A DNA stretch of 64,000 nt from Salinispira sp. Lineage in GTDB: Bacteria; Spirochaetota; Spirochaetia; DSM-27196; Salinispiraceae. Positions 31,348-41,335 of the stretch are shown here, in pieces. Made by a program: the position numbers and the translations under genes. Position 1 is the stretch's first letter. Each line of letters starts with the position of its first letter. The notes beneath the pieces were generated by a model. That model saw only the letters and a program-made list of their open reading frames with translations. It searched no databases and was not told the origin of the DNA. The DNA is taken from contig OZ271918.1 in NCBI GenBank assembly GCA_965602015.1, positions 1,696,001 to 1,760,000 on the forward strand, read 5' to 3'.

Positions 31348-32495
31348 TAGTTCGTTATGTATACATCCTCTTTTTCAAGTATGTACAACTGCTCCTTCGA
31401 TGTTTCATTATATAATTCTAAATGCTCTGGAAGAATGATAGATTCAAAATTTGGTTTTATCGACTCATATTGTTCACCGGAAAAACTTTTCAAAACAGCT
31501 TCAAAAATAATTCTTGCGCCATCAACAGGAACAGCCATTCCGATTTGCTTTCTCACGCTTTCTTTGGAACCTATAAAAGTAAATGAATCGGGAAATGTTT
31601 GAAGCCGTGCTCGTTCACGATTAGTCAAAGCTCTGTTTTCACTCCAATGGTAGACATGTGTTCCTCCACCGCCACTTCCTGTCACTGTATATGACGGTTT
31701 TGTAGGGTCTAACCTACGATAAATTTGACTAATTTTTGCACCTTTAACATTTAACTGTAAATGCTCTGGAATAACCGCTGTAAATGCATTTTGTCCGGGT
31801 TTTATATATTTTAATCTTTCAACCACAGTTGGGGACTGCTTAGTAAACTCATTATTACTAGCATTCTCAGGGATAGGTGGATTTTCTATAGCATCCTTAC
31901 AGGTTCTTAACTTTGTCTGATATGGATTGGGTGATGGAATTTGAAAAGTTACATTTTGACTCTTATGAATTCCAATAATAATAATTCGATGCCTAGCTTG
32001 CGGAATTCCATATTCATTGAATTTGTATAGATGCGGATATAGAGAATAACCAGCATCCGCCATTTCTTGAAGGATTTTGGAAAAAGCTTTTCCATCATTT
32101 GAATTTCGGAGGCCACCAACATTTTCGGCTAAAAACCATTTAGGAGAAAATTCCTTTAGCGCTTTTACCCCATATGAATACAGGGGACCAAAAACACCAT
32201 CTATTCCTTTTTGCTCTCCAACTACACTAAAATCATTACAAGGGAAACCAAAAGCTAAGGCATCGATTTCAGATAAATCACGAAGGATGGTATAATCTAA
32301 TTTTCGTATATCTTTACAAACAACCGTATTTTTATCAGAAGCAACATTTTCTGCATAAGTAGAACATGTATCCTTGTCATAATCGCTTGCCCATGCATGC
32401 TCTATATAATAATTTGGATCATTAACCAATGCTGTTTTTGCCGCATAACCAATACCACCTGGTCCGCAGAACAGTTCACCAAGACGAAATTTCAT
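31347..32495 (-). CDS. dcm: Cassette 12: DNA (cytosine-5) methyltransferase
   Basis: LFCGPGG, GFPCNDFS, ENV, QARHR, RERARLQTFP, QIGMAV motifs. Confidence 0.95.
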   Translation of the reverse strand: MKFRLGELFCGPGGIGYAAKTALVNDPNYYIEHAWASDYDKDTCSTYAENVASDKNTVVCKDIRKLDYTILRDLSEIDALAFGFPCNDFSVVGEQKGIDGVFGPLYSYGVKALKEFSPKWFLAENVGGLRNSNDGKAFSKILQEMADAGYSLYPHLYKFNEYGIPQARHRIIIIGIHKSQNVTFQIPSPNPYQTKLRTCKDAIENPPIPENASNNEFTKQSPTVVERLKYIKPGQNAFTAVIPEHLQLNVKGAKISQIYRRLDPTKPSYTVTGSGGGGTHVYHWSENRALTNRERARLQTFPDSFTFIGSKESVRKQIGMAVPVDGARIIFEAVLKSFSGEQYESIKPNFESIILPEHLELYNETSKEQLYILEKEDVYITN

Positions 32496-32585
32496 AGCGC
32501 CCCCCCCCGATGGAAATTATTTTAGCACAATATTTAGTTGCGCTCCACTCAACAATTGTTAAGTTTTAGATTTTTTTATACATGT

Positions 32586-32685
32586 ACATAACAACCACTT
32601 AACCTGTGAGCCGTACATTGGCGCGTGTTTTTGCGAATGCAAAAACCGTGACAATAGGCGAATCAGGTTGAAGTGCCTGTTATAT
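32586..32685 (-). repeat. attC site
   Basis: 100-bp form; shares the variant GTGCCTGTT with 46070-46169. Confidence 0.93.
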
Positions 32686-33084
32686 GGCCAAATCTCTCAA
32701 CAACCAAGATCAGTTCCCTACACCTTGTTTCCAACCTTCGACCCGCTTTCAATTATGATCCACTAAACTACGCAGATTTTCAATAATCTCACCGAAGTAG
32801 CTGCAGGAGTGAGGGAAAATCAGATTAACCCCCGGTCTACTTCTCGAATCCCCTAACCCAAACGAGAATCCAATTTCAAAACTTTTCAGGATTCGATTTC
32901 CACCCCGATGTTACTTGCCGAGGGAATCATTCACATAATTCCAATTTTCATAGTATGCCCAAGCAAAACCACCAAAATTTTTTAATAAGATTCGAGTAAT
33001 AAAATGAGGAGCGAATGATCTTTAAAGCCCGAAGAAACCCGGAATTCAAGAAATTATGAGAACATGAAACTTCGTCCATATAAC
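32686..33084 (-). other. Cassette 11: ORF-less cassette (diverged copy of cassette 1)
   Basis: No ORF of 60 aa or more; matching ends GTTATAT/ATATAAC; collinear with 46170-46570. Confidence 0.85.
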
Positions 33085-34218
33085 GAGGCTGTAGAAAAAG
33101 TCCCTGCAGCCATCAATAATTCTACCCGGACAGGCCTTTATAGGCAAAGCATAAAATGGCCTTCGTTTAATAAAGCGACTACGCCACCCTGTGTTTCCGG
33201 ATTGCACTGGGAATCTCCAGTATGCCTCTCTTTCTTTTCTACTGCCAGCACATCTTCAGCTTTTCTATATTGTGCACCATACAAAACAACCGCCACTGGG
33301 TATTTACTTTTGTCTTCCCTCGCACCGTGAATCTGTTCAGCCCCTTGGTTCCGCATAAATCACCGAACACCGGTTCAACCGCCCCCATTCGCCGGGAGTA
33401 AATGCTTCGTGCCTCTGAGGTATCAAATCTGTCCTGACTAATCTTTAGGTAATCGATGGTCTGTGGCGTTTGTGTCCGCTTAAAAAACGTCACCTGCCTG
33501 AATGGACTTGCAGGTTTTCGAATACACTTGCTACGCAACTCACAATTGCTGCACTGTTCTTTGCTTGCCCTGTACCGATCCCCGACGAGCTTTCCGTCGG
33601 CGGATTTGAAATTCTTCATGTTTAGCCGCAATATATGCCCGGCCGGACAGGTAGCTATTTTCTTTTTCCGGTCGTAGTGAAAATCTGAGGGCTGGAAGTA
33701 GCGTTTGGTATGTACCGCCCTCCAGTTATCAGTTTTCTTTTTATGAACTTCATTGCCAGTGAAGCGGATATCACGCTTGCGAAACTGATTATCCGGGATA
33801 TATGCTTCAATCCCATGTTCAATGAGATACTTCATATTCACAGCGTTATGAAACCCAGAGTCTGCTGTGATCACGGTTTTCCCGTAAATGTCAGATGAGA
33901 TCCCGGTACTGCGGCATTGTTTCTTAATACCAGTCAAGATTTCCGGCAAATGACCGGATTCATTGATATCACCATAGGCTTCGGCCCATACAATGACCTG
34001 ATGTTTATCATCAACTGCTGTAGCCTCTCAAATTAAATTGATCAAACCAGCATAGAAAATCTCACAAACAGTTAAACAATCTCTCATTCCACTTAGACCG
34101 GAAATTTTATCTGCCGACAAAAAAAGAGCAATGGTGTTGAAGTTTGCCGACTCCCCATTGCTCTTAAAACCTCACCCCCAAAGGGGGCAAATAAACGTTA
34201 CTTATTTGTCGGATAGTT

Positions 34219-34716
34219 TTGGAAAAACTTCAAGCGCTTGGGAAACAGTTCCACTGGAAAAAACCTGAATGTTGTCCCGAGTGTGGAAGCATACGGCTAT
34301 GGGGGCACGGCTTCGTTCTTCGGCAGTTTGTCGGGTTTGCCCAAGGACTGTGGATGAAGCGGTATCGATGTCCGGACTGCCATGGGGTTCATACCTGTAG
34401 GCCACAGCAGTTCTTGCCGGGGATGCAATATCCTGTTCAAACTCAAATCTCCAGCCTGGAAGCAAAGCTTGCAGGAAAGCCGTTCCTTCAAACTGTGTCG
34501 AGGCAGATCCAGCAGCATTGGTGGAAGACATTTCTCAACCACTGCCGCCGTAGCGGCAACTGGACTGCCCCACATTCGGTTTTCCTCCGCAGGCAGAGCG
34601 ATGATCAAATACCAGTAACAACCAGGCGAATATACCGTGAGATCTGGTCAGAAGCCTGCGTACCCTACCTGCCTTTTGCGCTGACAGTGAAACCGCGTCC
34701 ATTTAGCCTTGAGTGA
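34219..34716 (+). CDS. Zn-finger accessory protein of Mu-like element (DUF6431-like)
   Basis: CPECGS..LWGHG..RYRCPDC..HT pattern; TTG start. Confidence 0.7.
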   Translation: MEKLQALGKQFHWKKPECCPECGSIRLWGHGFVLRQFVGFAQGLWMKRYRCPDCHGVHTCRPQQFLPGMQYPVQTQISSLEAKLAGKPFLQTVSRQIQQHWWKTFLNHCRRSGNWTAPHSVFLRRQSDDQIPVTTRRIYREIWSEACVPYLPFALTVKPRPFSLE

Positions 34717-34745
34717 GAAAACGTATCACTCTCAAGGAGGAGAAA

Positions 34746-36029
34746 ATGGACAGAGAAAAGAAAGAAAAGATCGCAGTATTCCGCTTCGGGGTCATCTTTC
34801 CGCTTGTGGAGAAAGACCTACACCAGTATTGGGGAGAGAAAGAGCGAATCCTGCGGGAGCTGGTCAGCAAGGAATGGGAGATTCCCTTTTCAAACCGAAA
34901 CTACATCAGCAAGGCCACCATCCTGACCTGGGTAAAGCGCTACGAAGATGGCGGGCGGAAGATTGAAGCCTTGTTTCCTGAGAATCGCGGCGACAAGGGC
35001 CGGATGAGAAGCATTTCCGATGAACAAATCGATGCGCTCATGCTGCTTCGAAAAGAGCATCCAAAACTCTCCACCCCGCGTCTGGTTGAAATTGCTCAAG
35101 GAAACGGCGTCTTTCCGTCCGGAAAAGAGGTCTCCATGGCCAGCATTTACCGGCTCATGAAGATCCGCAAAGCCCAACGGGTCAAAGTCGAGTCTGACAT
35201 GAGGAAGTTCGAGGTACAATTGCCCAACGACCTGTGGCAGTCAGACTGCATGCACGGTCCGAAAGTTCTGCATGGCGGGAAACTGAGAAAGACCTATCTG
35301 TTTGCAATCATTGACGACCATTCAAGGCTCATTACCCATGGCCAGTTCTACCTGGCTGAAACACTGGAAAATTACCTGGACTGCTTATGGACGGCGTTAC
35401 GCAAGCGGGGAGTTCCCCGAAAGCTCTATGTCGATAACGGGGCATCATTTAAGGCGCACAGGCTCCAGTTGGGATGTGCTTCGCTGGAAATCGGGCTGCG
35501 CTATGCACGGCCGTACCGACCCCAGGGAAAGGGCAAGATTGAACGGTTCTTTCGTACCGTACGTAGCCAGTTTATCCCCGAGCTGCCTGATGAACTTCCT
35601 CTGGATGAGATCAACCGGCTGTTTCACCACTACATTGAAAACGGTTATCACCAGAGGATCCATGGCGGTACGGGGCAGAAGCCCCTGGAGCGTTACCTGC
35701 AGGATGCCCATGCCTTGCGAAAAGCGCCGGAGAACTTGCCTGAATACTTTCGAAAACGCGAGGAGCGAACGGTAAACAACGACCGGACGGTGAAACTCGA
35801 TGGCCGTTTGTATGAAGCCCCTGCGGGATTGGTTGGCATGAAAGTCGTCCTGCGTTTTGAGAATTACGACCGGATTGAAGTCTTTCTCGAGAATCAGTCA
35901 AAGGGATTCTTAAGGGATCTGGATCAGGGAGTGAACAGCCGCATTAAGCGGGACGGCACGGGTCCGGTCATGCCGTCGGCTTCGGGGGGAGCTCTTTTTG
36001 AAAAGCTGGGCTCAAAGGCAGGTAGCTAA
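34746..36029 (+). CDS. Mu-like DDE transposase/integrase
   Basis: Near-identical to 14970-16253. Confidence 0.9.
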   Translation: MDREKKEKIAVFRFGVIFPLVEKDLHQYWGEKERILRELVSKEWEIPFSNRNYISKATILTWVKRYEDGGRKIEALFPENRGDKGRMRSISDEQIDALMLLRKEHPKLSTPRLVEIAQGNGVFPSGKEVSMASIYRLMKIRKAQRVKVESDMRKFEVQLPNDLWQSDCMHGPKVLHGGKLRKTYLFAIIDDHSRLITHGQFYLAETLENYLDCLWTALRKRGVPRKLYVDNGASFKAHRLQLGCASLEIGLRYARPYRPQGKGKIERFFRTVRSQFIPELPDELPLDEINRLFHHYIENGYHQRIHGGTGQKPLERYLQDAHALRKAPENLPEYFRKREERTVNNDRTVKLDGRLYEAPAGLVGMKVVLRFENYDRIEVFLENQSKGFLRDLDQGVNSRIKRDGTGPVMPSASGGALFEKLGSKAGS

Positions 36030-36835
36030 TGGATACGCTGCGCCACCACTTTGGATTCCGGCACAACCCGTTCCCGCAGAATGTAGCGGTAAAGGACCTG
36101 TACCCCTTACCGGCATTGGAACCCCTGCGGCAGCGGGTGTTCTTTGCCCTGGAGCAGAAAGCCATTGCCGTCATCACCGGAGATGTGGGGTCGGGAAAGT
36201 CTACGTCATTGCGCTATGTCTCAAGCAAATGCCATTCGAGTGAGTATGAACTGATTACCATTGTCGGCGGGAACTTCTCACCCATGGAACTGTACCGGCA
36301 GATCCTGCTCACTTTCGGCATGAGCTATATGTCGTTCCAGGTATCGATCATGATCTCGAAGATCCGGGAGCTTATTCTGGAAATTGCATCCCGCAATGTC
36401 ATCCCGGTGCTGGTAATCGATGAGGCTCATCTGCTGAAACGGTCAGTGTTTACCCAGCTGCATACCCTTGCTCAGTTTGAATTCGATTCCAAACCGGTCA
36501 TGCCGATGATTCTCTGCGGTCAGGATTTCCTGCTCGATCATCTGATGGCTAACTCAGTTCGGCCTCTGGCGTCCCGGGTGCTGGGCAAGAATCATCTGGA
36601 GTCTATTAAGAAGGAGGTGATGGAAGATTACCTGAATCATCACATCACCCTGGCCGGGGGAACAAAGAAAGCATTCAGTGATGAGGCGATCTTTGCCATT
36701 CATCAGGGATCCGGTGGTCTCTTGCGGAAAGCCAACTCCCTGGCGAAAACGGCTCTCCTTGCCTGCGCCGGAGATGGTGGACAGACTGTTTCTGCAGAAC
36801 ACGTCCGGGTCGCTTCCACCGAGATTTTTATGTAA
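36029..36835 (+). CDS. ExeA-like AAA+ ATPase
   Basis: Near-identical to 16253-17059. Confidence 0.9.
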   Translation: MDTLRHHFGFRHNPFPQNVAVKDLYPLPALEPLRQRVFFALEQKAIAVITGDVGSGKSTSLRYVSSKCHSSEYELITIVGGNFSPMELYRQILLTFGMSYMSFQVSIMISKIRELILEIASRNVIPVLVIDEAHLLKRSVFTQLHTLAQFEFDSKPVMPMILCGQDFLLDHLMANSVRPLASRVLGKNHLESIKKEVMEDYLNHHITLAGGTKKAFSDEAIFAIHQGSGGLLRKANSLAKTALLACAGDGGQTVSAEHVRVASTEIFM

Positions 36836-37790
36836 ATGCTGCCCCTGCCGCGAATGCGGCAGGGGGTACCCTTCGTCAGTTTTACTTGTAAAATTGTTTG
36901 TCTGTACGTGCGAGGGTTAGGCTAATTTAATGTGCGAAGCTACACTGCAGCAATTCCATTGTAGCCTTGAATGACACCATGGGAACTGACCATTTTTGCA
37001 CTCTCATTGTCGGTGAGATTACTCTTCACCGGTTTGCCTGAGGCACCAAGCCTGTCATCATTATCATCCAGCCAGCGGTTGATTTTATCTGCCTTGGTTT
37101 CCAGCTTTTTGATTGCTGCAATTTCCTGAACTTGATTCTCAGCAGGTGATTTCTGACCATCCTCATTTTGATGCTTTTCAACCAGGTAGGCGATGGACTT
37201 TCTGATACTCCTGACTTTCTTCAGAAGCTCCGCCTTGGTCCCGCTCCATTCCTTGGAACAGTTTGATGAAATCTTGCAGCCATCTATGGCAAACATTTCC
37301 TTGCCAATCAGGTTCTCTGAATAACAGATGGCAAGCACCTTGGTGAACAAATCGACACATTCACTATCCATAGTTGCAATAAAATCGGCGATGGTGGTGT
37401 GATGCGGATGTGTATCGGCGGACAGAGCCATACAGATAATATTCTCATCACAAAACCGGGCAATCTTGCGACTGCTGGTTATCCCCCGTGAATAGGCAAA
37501 GAGAATAATCTTCAAAAGCACCGCCGGGTTATAGGCCGGGGCACCGGTAATATCATTCTGGCACCGCGACTCGAAAATAGAAAGATCAAGTTTTTTGCTG
37601 AAGAGGATGTGGAGTGTATGCTCAAATGTTCCAGGCAGAATTTGTTTTGACAGATTGACCGGCAGCATTAACTGCTGATCGTAGGAATAGTCTTTGTATC
37701 GAGGCATGCCGTCCCTCCCATAGGCTGGCTGATACATGAATTTTACCATGGAACTACATTTACTAGAAGCGGGACTTTTTCTACAGCCTC

Positions 37791-37903
37791 AACAACCACT
37801 TAACCTGTGAGCCGTACATTGGCGTGGAGTTTGCCCTGCCCTTCAGGGCAGGAACAGCAAAATCCATGACAATAGGCGAATCAGGTTGAAGTGCTTGTTA
37901 AAT
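37791..37903 (-). repeat. attC site (original R' heptamer displaced to 33078-33084 by IS1182)
   Basis: AACAACCACTTAACCTGTGAGCCG...GTGCTTGTTAAAT. Confidence 0.92.
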
Positions 37904-37910
37904 GCCCATT

Positions 37911-38339
37911 TCATTTCCCAATTATATTTTCAATCTCTTCAAGAAATTGATTTGTTAAGGATGGAATCTTCTTAATAATCGATTCGATCGAATCTTTTTT
38001 GAGTTCAAACGCATATGCATGCCTGACAAAATGACGGAAGCTGAGAAAAGATTTAAGTTCGTCAAAGATCTTATCAGATATGATCTGATTGTCTTTAGAT
38101 GATTTCAATAAGTTCAGATGCCAAGAATCGTCTTTGGCAATCAGAATCTGTTTGGATTCCAATACAAATCGAAGAATTTTCTCTATTCCGTTATAGATTG
38201 CAGTTGTTGTAAGAGCCAATCCGCGAATTTCAATTTCATCTAGTTCTTTATTTTCTATTTTCTTTGCATACAACTCGATAAATGACTTTTCTTCATCGAT
38301 ATTCTGAATTTCAATCTGTATTTTTTGGATAGGATCCAT
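37911..38339 (-). CDS. Cassette 10: HEPN-domain (HepT-like) RNase toxin
   Basis: YNGIEKI, SWHLNLL, FRHFVRHAY (Rx4H). Confidence 0.88.
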   Translation of the reverse strand: MDPIQKIQIEIQNIDEEKSFIELYAKKIENKELDEIEIRGLALTTTAIYNGIEKILRFVLESKQILIAKDDSWHLNLLKSSKDNQIISDKIFDELKSFLSFRHFVRHAYAFELKKDSIESIIKKIPSLTNQFLEEIENIIGK

Positions 38340-38636
38340 CTATGCCACCCGGAGAATTTCATCGGATTGTAGCAATATTCTGCCGAATTTTTCCTGAAGT
38401 TGCAGATCGACAAGATCGATTTGATGTTCGAGCAAGAACATCAATTCTCCATAAACTTCAAAAATTTTTTCAGCGGGTATTCCCTTCACGGCTATATCGA
38501 GATCTGATTTTTCGTTTGCTTTTCCAGTTACGGCAGATCCAAAAATATAAATTTCTGAGCAACCGATGTCTTTTAAATAGGAAATTGCTTTTTCAACATC
38601 AGTTGCATATCTGGAATCCAATTTTAATTCGGTCAT
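38340..38636 (-). CDS. Cassette 10: minimal nucleotidyltransferase (MntA-like) antitoxin
   Basis: IFGS...SDLDIAV...IDLVDL. Confidence 0.9.
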   Translation of the reverse strand: MTELKLDSRYATDVEKAISYLKDIGCSEIYIFGSAVTGKANEKSDLDIAVKGIPAEKIFEVYGELMFLLEHQIDLVDLQLQEKFGRILLQSDEILRVA

Positions 38637-38644
38637 ATAATGAT

Positions 38645-38673
38645 ATTATATATTGTAGAGATTCAGTACTCAA
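38645..38673 (-). promoter_or_regulatory. Putative MNT-HEPN promoter
   Basis: TTGAGT-N17-TATAAT, 8 nt before ATG, no RBS. Confidence 0.6.
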
Positions 38674-38734
38674 CGAGTTTTTCTGTTACTCATTCCAGGA
38701 ACATGAAAAAGACGGTTATTTTCTTTTTTGGTGC

Positions 38735-38834
38735 ATTTAACAACCACTTAACCTGTGAGCCGTACATTGGCGCGCGTTCTTGCGGATGCAAGAACCGTGA
38801 CAATAGGCGAATCAGGTTGAAGTGCTTGTTATGT
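38735..38834 (-). repeat. attC site
   Basis: 100-bp form, apical GTTCTTGCGGATGCAAGAAC (compensatory change). Confidence 0.93.
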
Positions 38835-38862
38835 GGCTCATTCCTAAACCCCACCGCTCGAA

Positions 38863-39444
38863 TTATCCTTCATAAATAAATTCAAGATCACAGCCCATTT
38901 TATTTTCAAAGTAATCTCGCAATTTCAATTTATAGTTTATCGCAGAAATGAATGCCTTATTTGGATTTGTCACACGTGAGAGTACGTCCTCAATTCGATC
39001 CTCCACTCGGCATAGTCGATCAGGCAGCCCAAGAAAATCACAAAGTTGTATTAGACGATCATAATCATCATACTCGGTATTCTTCAGGAATTTTAAGATG
39101 AAAACTCGTTCAGGACTGGTATAGTCATCCATATTTTCATAGATCGCCATATTTTTATGTGTATAGGAATGTGTGATACAAATTCGAGCATGCACATGAT
39201 AGCCAAGACCTGCTAAAAATTTAAAGCCATCATATGAGTGTCTTACTTTAAAGATTCCAAACCGACGCCCAATGTCGTGAAGTAGTCCTATCTGATATGC
39301 AAAATCGGAATCCATGGATAATTTATGGGCGATTCTAAACGCGGCAAGTGCGACATTCTTTGAGTGCCCAATCCATAACCCTGGATTTAGGGTGCTGGCA
39401 TCTTCAAGAAGTTGTTCTGCTACAGAATTATCTAGTTTTTTCAT
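38863..39444 (-). CDS. Cassette 9: HD-domain protein
   Basis: HSKNVA, LLHDIGR, H, THS, LCD metal-binding pattern. Confidence 0.88.
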   Translation of the reverse strand: MKKLDNSVAEQLLEDASTLNPGLWIGHSKNVALAAFRIAHKLSMDSDFAYQIGLLHDIGRRFGIFKVRHSYDGFKFLAGLGYHVHARICITHSYTHKNMAIYENMDDYTSPERVFILKFLKNTEYDDYDRLIQLCDFLGLPDRLCRVEDRIEDVLSRVTNPNKAFISAINYKLKLRDYFENKMGCDLEFIYEG

Positions 39445-39560
39445 TTATGTAAAAAATTAGCATTGCCATAGTTCCTTATTTAGTATCGATGCCTATCAAA
39501 CTTCACAAAGTTTGGTGAAATTGAAGTAAATCGTCCCTTAAATATCTACCTATATGTTAT

Positions 39561-40142
39561 CTATTTTTTCTGCATCTTCAGAAAAAACAGTGAAGAATCA
39601 TCAGTAAGGTGAACAGAAATTACAAATCCTATCTCTCTGGCCATTCGAATAAGCTGGGTATCGGATATCTCAAAATCATATTGGTAGGGAATACCATAGC
39701 CAGTTGAAATCATTTGCTTGTTTGGCAGTTCAATTTCTAAGTTGACAATAACTGCATCATACTTCAAGTTTTCTTCTGCTATCATTATATTTGAATTCCA
39801 AATCAGTAGCTCTCCACTCTGCTTTAGAACACGAAATATTTCCTTGAGCGCAGACATTTTTTTCTCTGCCGGCAAATACATAAAAGTAAAAAATGAAGTA
39901 GCAACATTGATAGTTTCAGCAAGAAATTTCATGTCAGTTGCGTCCATGACTATTTTAATTCCATCCGAACCTGACTCTTCAAGTTCACTCCGACGATTGT
40001 CCATTGAAATGACACTGTTTTGAGTAAATGCTCTTGAAATGATTGCTTCTCCGCCACCTCCGATATCCAAGATCACATCTCTCTTATCGATTAGCTGAGG
40101 AGCAAGTTTTATGCGTTGTACATCGAGATTTAAAAAGTTCAT
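39561..40142 (-). CDS. Cassette 9: class I SAM-dependent methyltransferase
   Basis: ILDIGGGGE, MDATDMKF, RVLKQSG; start taken at ATG 40142 because the ORF-track extension crosses the attC. Confidence 0.85.
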   Translation of the reverse strand: MNFLNLDVQRIKLAPQLIDKRDVILDIGGGGEAIISRAFTQNSVISMDNRRSELEESGSDGIKIVMDATDMKFLAETINVATSFFTFMYLPAEKKMSALKEIFRVLKQSGELLIWNSNIMIAEENLKYDAVIVNLEIELPNKQMISTGYGIPYQYDFEISDTQLIRMAREIGFVISVHLTDDSSLFFLKMQKK

Positions 40143-40160
40143 TGTTCCTAAATTATGTCC

Positions 40161-40315
40161 ACATAACAACCACTTGAGCCGCGAGCCGTAATTGGCGCGT
40201 GTTCTTGCGCCGTACCTCCCTGCAGGCTTCTTCTTTTGATTGTACCCGTAGTTCCCCTCACCGCTCAAGCAAGAACCGTGACAATAGGCGAGTCGGCTCA
40301 AAGTGCTTGTTATAT
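40161..40315 (-). repeat. attC site, unusually long (155 bp) with about 60-nt apical insert
   Basis: Normal arms; GTTCTTGC...GCAAGAAC closes a long non-palindromic loop. Confidence 0.88.
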
Positions 40316-40856
40316 TGCGCACATCTTTAGGCAATCTTTTTGGTTTTTGGCTTTCAGGATATAGCAGTTTTTCGATATGATCGCAGTCAGTGAATACAAG
40401 CAGATAGGTTTAGTATCCCACGAGCCAAATACCAAAGCGCGGATGAATTTGCCGGATGCGGCAATCTGCTATGCTTTGATTTCGGTTTTTCATATCATTT
40501 CAATTTGCGCAGGGTACAAAATAGCACCTGGCTTTCAAATCGATGTTCGATCTGAATCAGAAAAAATAGATCACTGGCAAGAGATGCGAGGACAATGACC
40601 GAAAATCACTGATTACTTTGTAATAAAGCCACGCGGCAATTTCGAGCCTTTCAGAGACCATAGATTGGTGCACTATTTGCCGATCGGATCACACAGTTCA
40701 GTGCGCCAAAAATGACTTGAGCTGTGAACCTCGGCAGAATACGAATCAGGCGTTATAGCCGTTGACTCAGCAGTCACAGAATTCCAGAACCAAAATAAAT
40801 GAAGCGGCTAAATTCGACTGCAACTTCGGTTTATGCATTTCCTGAGTCAATATAAC
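40316..40856 (-). other. Cassette 8: ORF-less cassette
   Basis: About 540 bp, no - strand ORF of 60 aa or more; matching ends GTTATAT/ATATAAC. Confidence 0.75.
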
Positions 40857-40960
40857 AACCGCTTGAGCGGCACGCCGTCAATTGGCGTGAAAAATGCCGA
40901 GCGCAGCGACAAGCATTTTTCATGACAATAGGCGTGTCCGTCTCAAAGCGCTTGTTATGT
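40850..40960 (-). repeat. attC site
   Basis: ATATAACAACCGCTTGAGCGG...AGCGCTTGTTATGT. Confidence 0.92.
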
Positions 40961-40969
40961 CGCCCCTTT

Positions 40970-41266
40970 TTATCTCATACATATTATTTTGTTGAGAAAT
41001 TTTCCTTCAATATTACCTTTCAATTTCAGATAATAGGATAACCAAAGAATAATCACCAATAAAACAAAAATAAACTGAGGAATCCCCTGAAGATATCGAA
41101 ATATATTATCCAGTTGTTCGATTTGGAAATTAAGATCTCCATCTTGCCTTACCTCAAATCTTCCGACATACCATCCTCGAAGAAAATCATGCGAAAATGA
41201 AATTAAGAGGTGCAATATGTATGCAATTCCTCCAGAGAAAAGTACAATTCTTCCAGCATTATTCAT
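40970..41266 (-). CDS. Cassette 7: small two-TM membrane protein
   Basis: Two hydrophobic segments; AAGGAG RBS. Confidence 0.7.
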   Translation of the reverse strand: MNNAGRIVLFSGGIAYILHLLISFSHDFLRGWYVGRFEVRQDGDLNFQIEQLDNIFRYLQGIPQFIFVLLVIILWLSYYLKLKGNIEGKFLNKIICMR

Positions 41267-41335
41267 TTCATAAATCTCCTTTCTTCAACCTGCATTATCG
41301 AAATTTATTTCTCGCAATAATTTAAGTTGTCTGGT

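Larger units (their letters stand above)
34019..36944 (+). mobile_element. Three-gene Mu-like/IS21-like element, copy 2 (2926 bp)
   Basis: TGTAGC...GCTACA termini; 4-bp TSD CTGC within the IS1182 transposase. Confidence 0.92.
33085..37790 (-). mobile_element. IS1182-family element, copy 2, in attC core site, interrupted by Mu-like element
   Basis: Same IRs as 21456-23231; AAC duplication (33082-33084, 37791-37793); transposase split into 36945-37707 and 33239-34018. Confidence 0.92.

Noticed and set aside
40143..40334. N-terminal extension of the methyltransferase in the ORF track
   Set aside because: It spans an attC and a different cassette; ATG 40142 is the plausible start.
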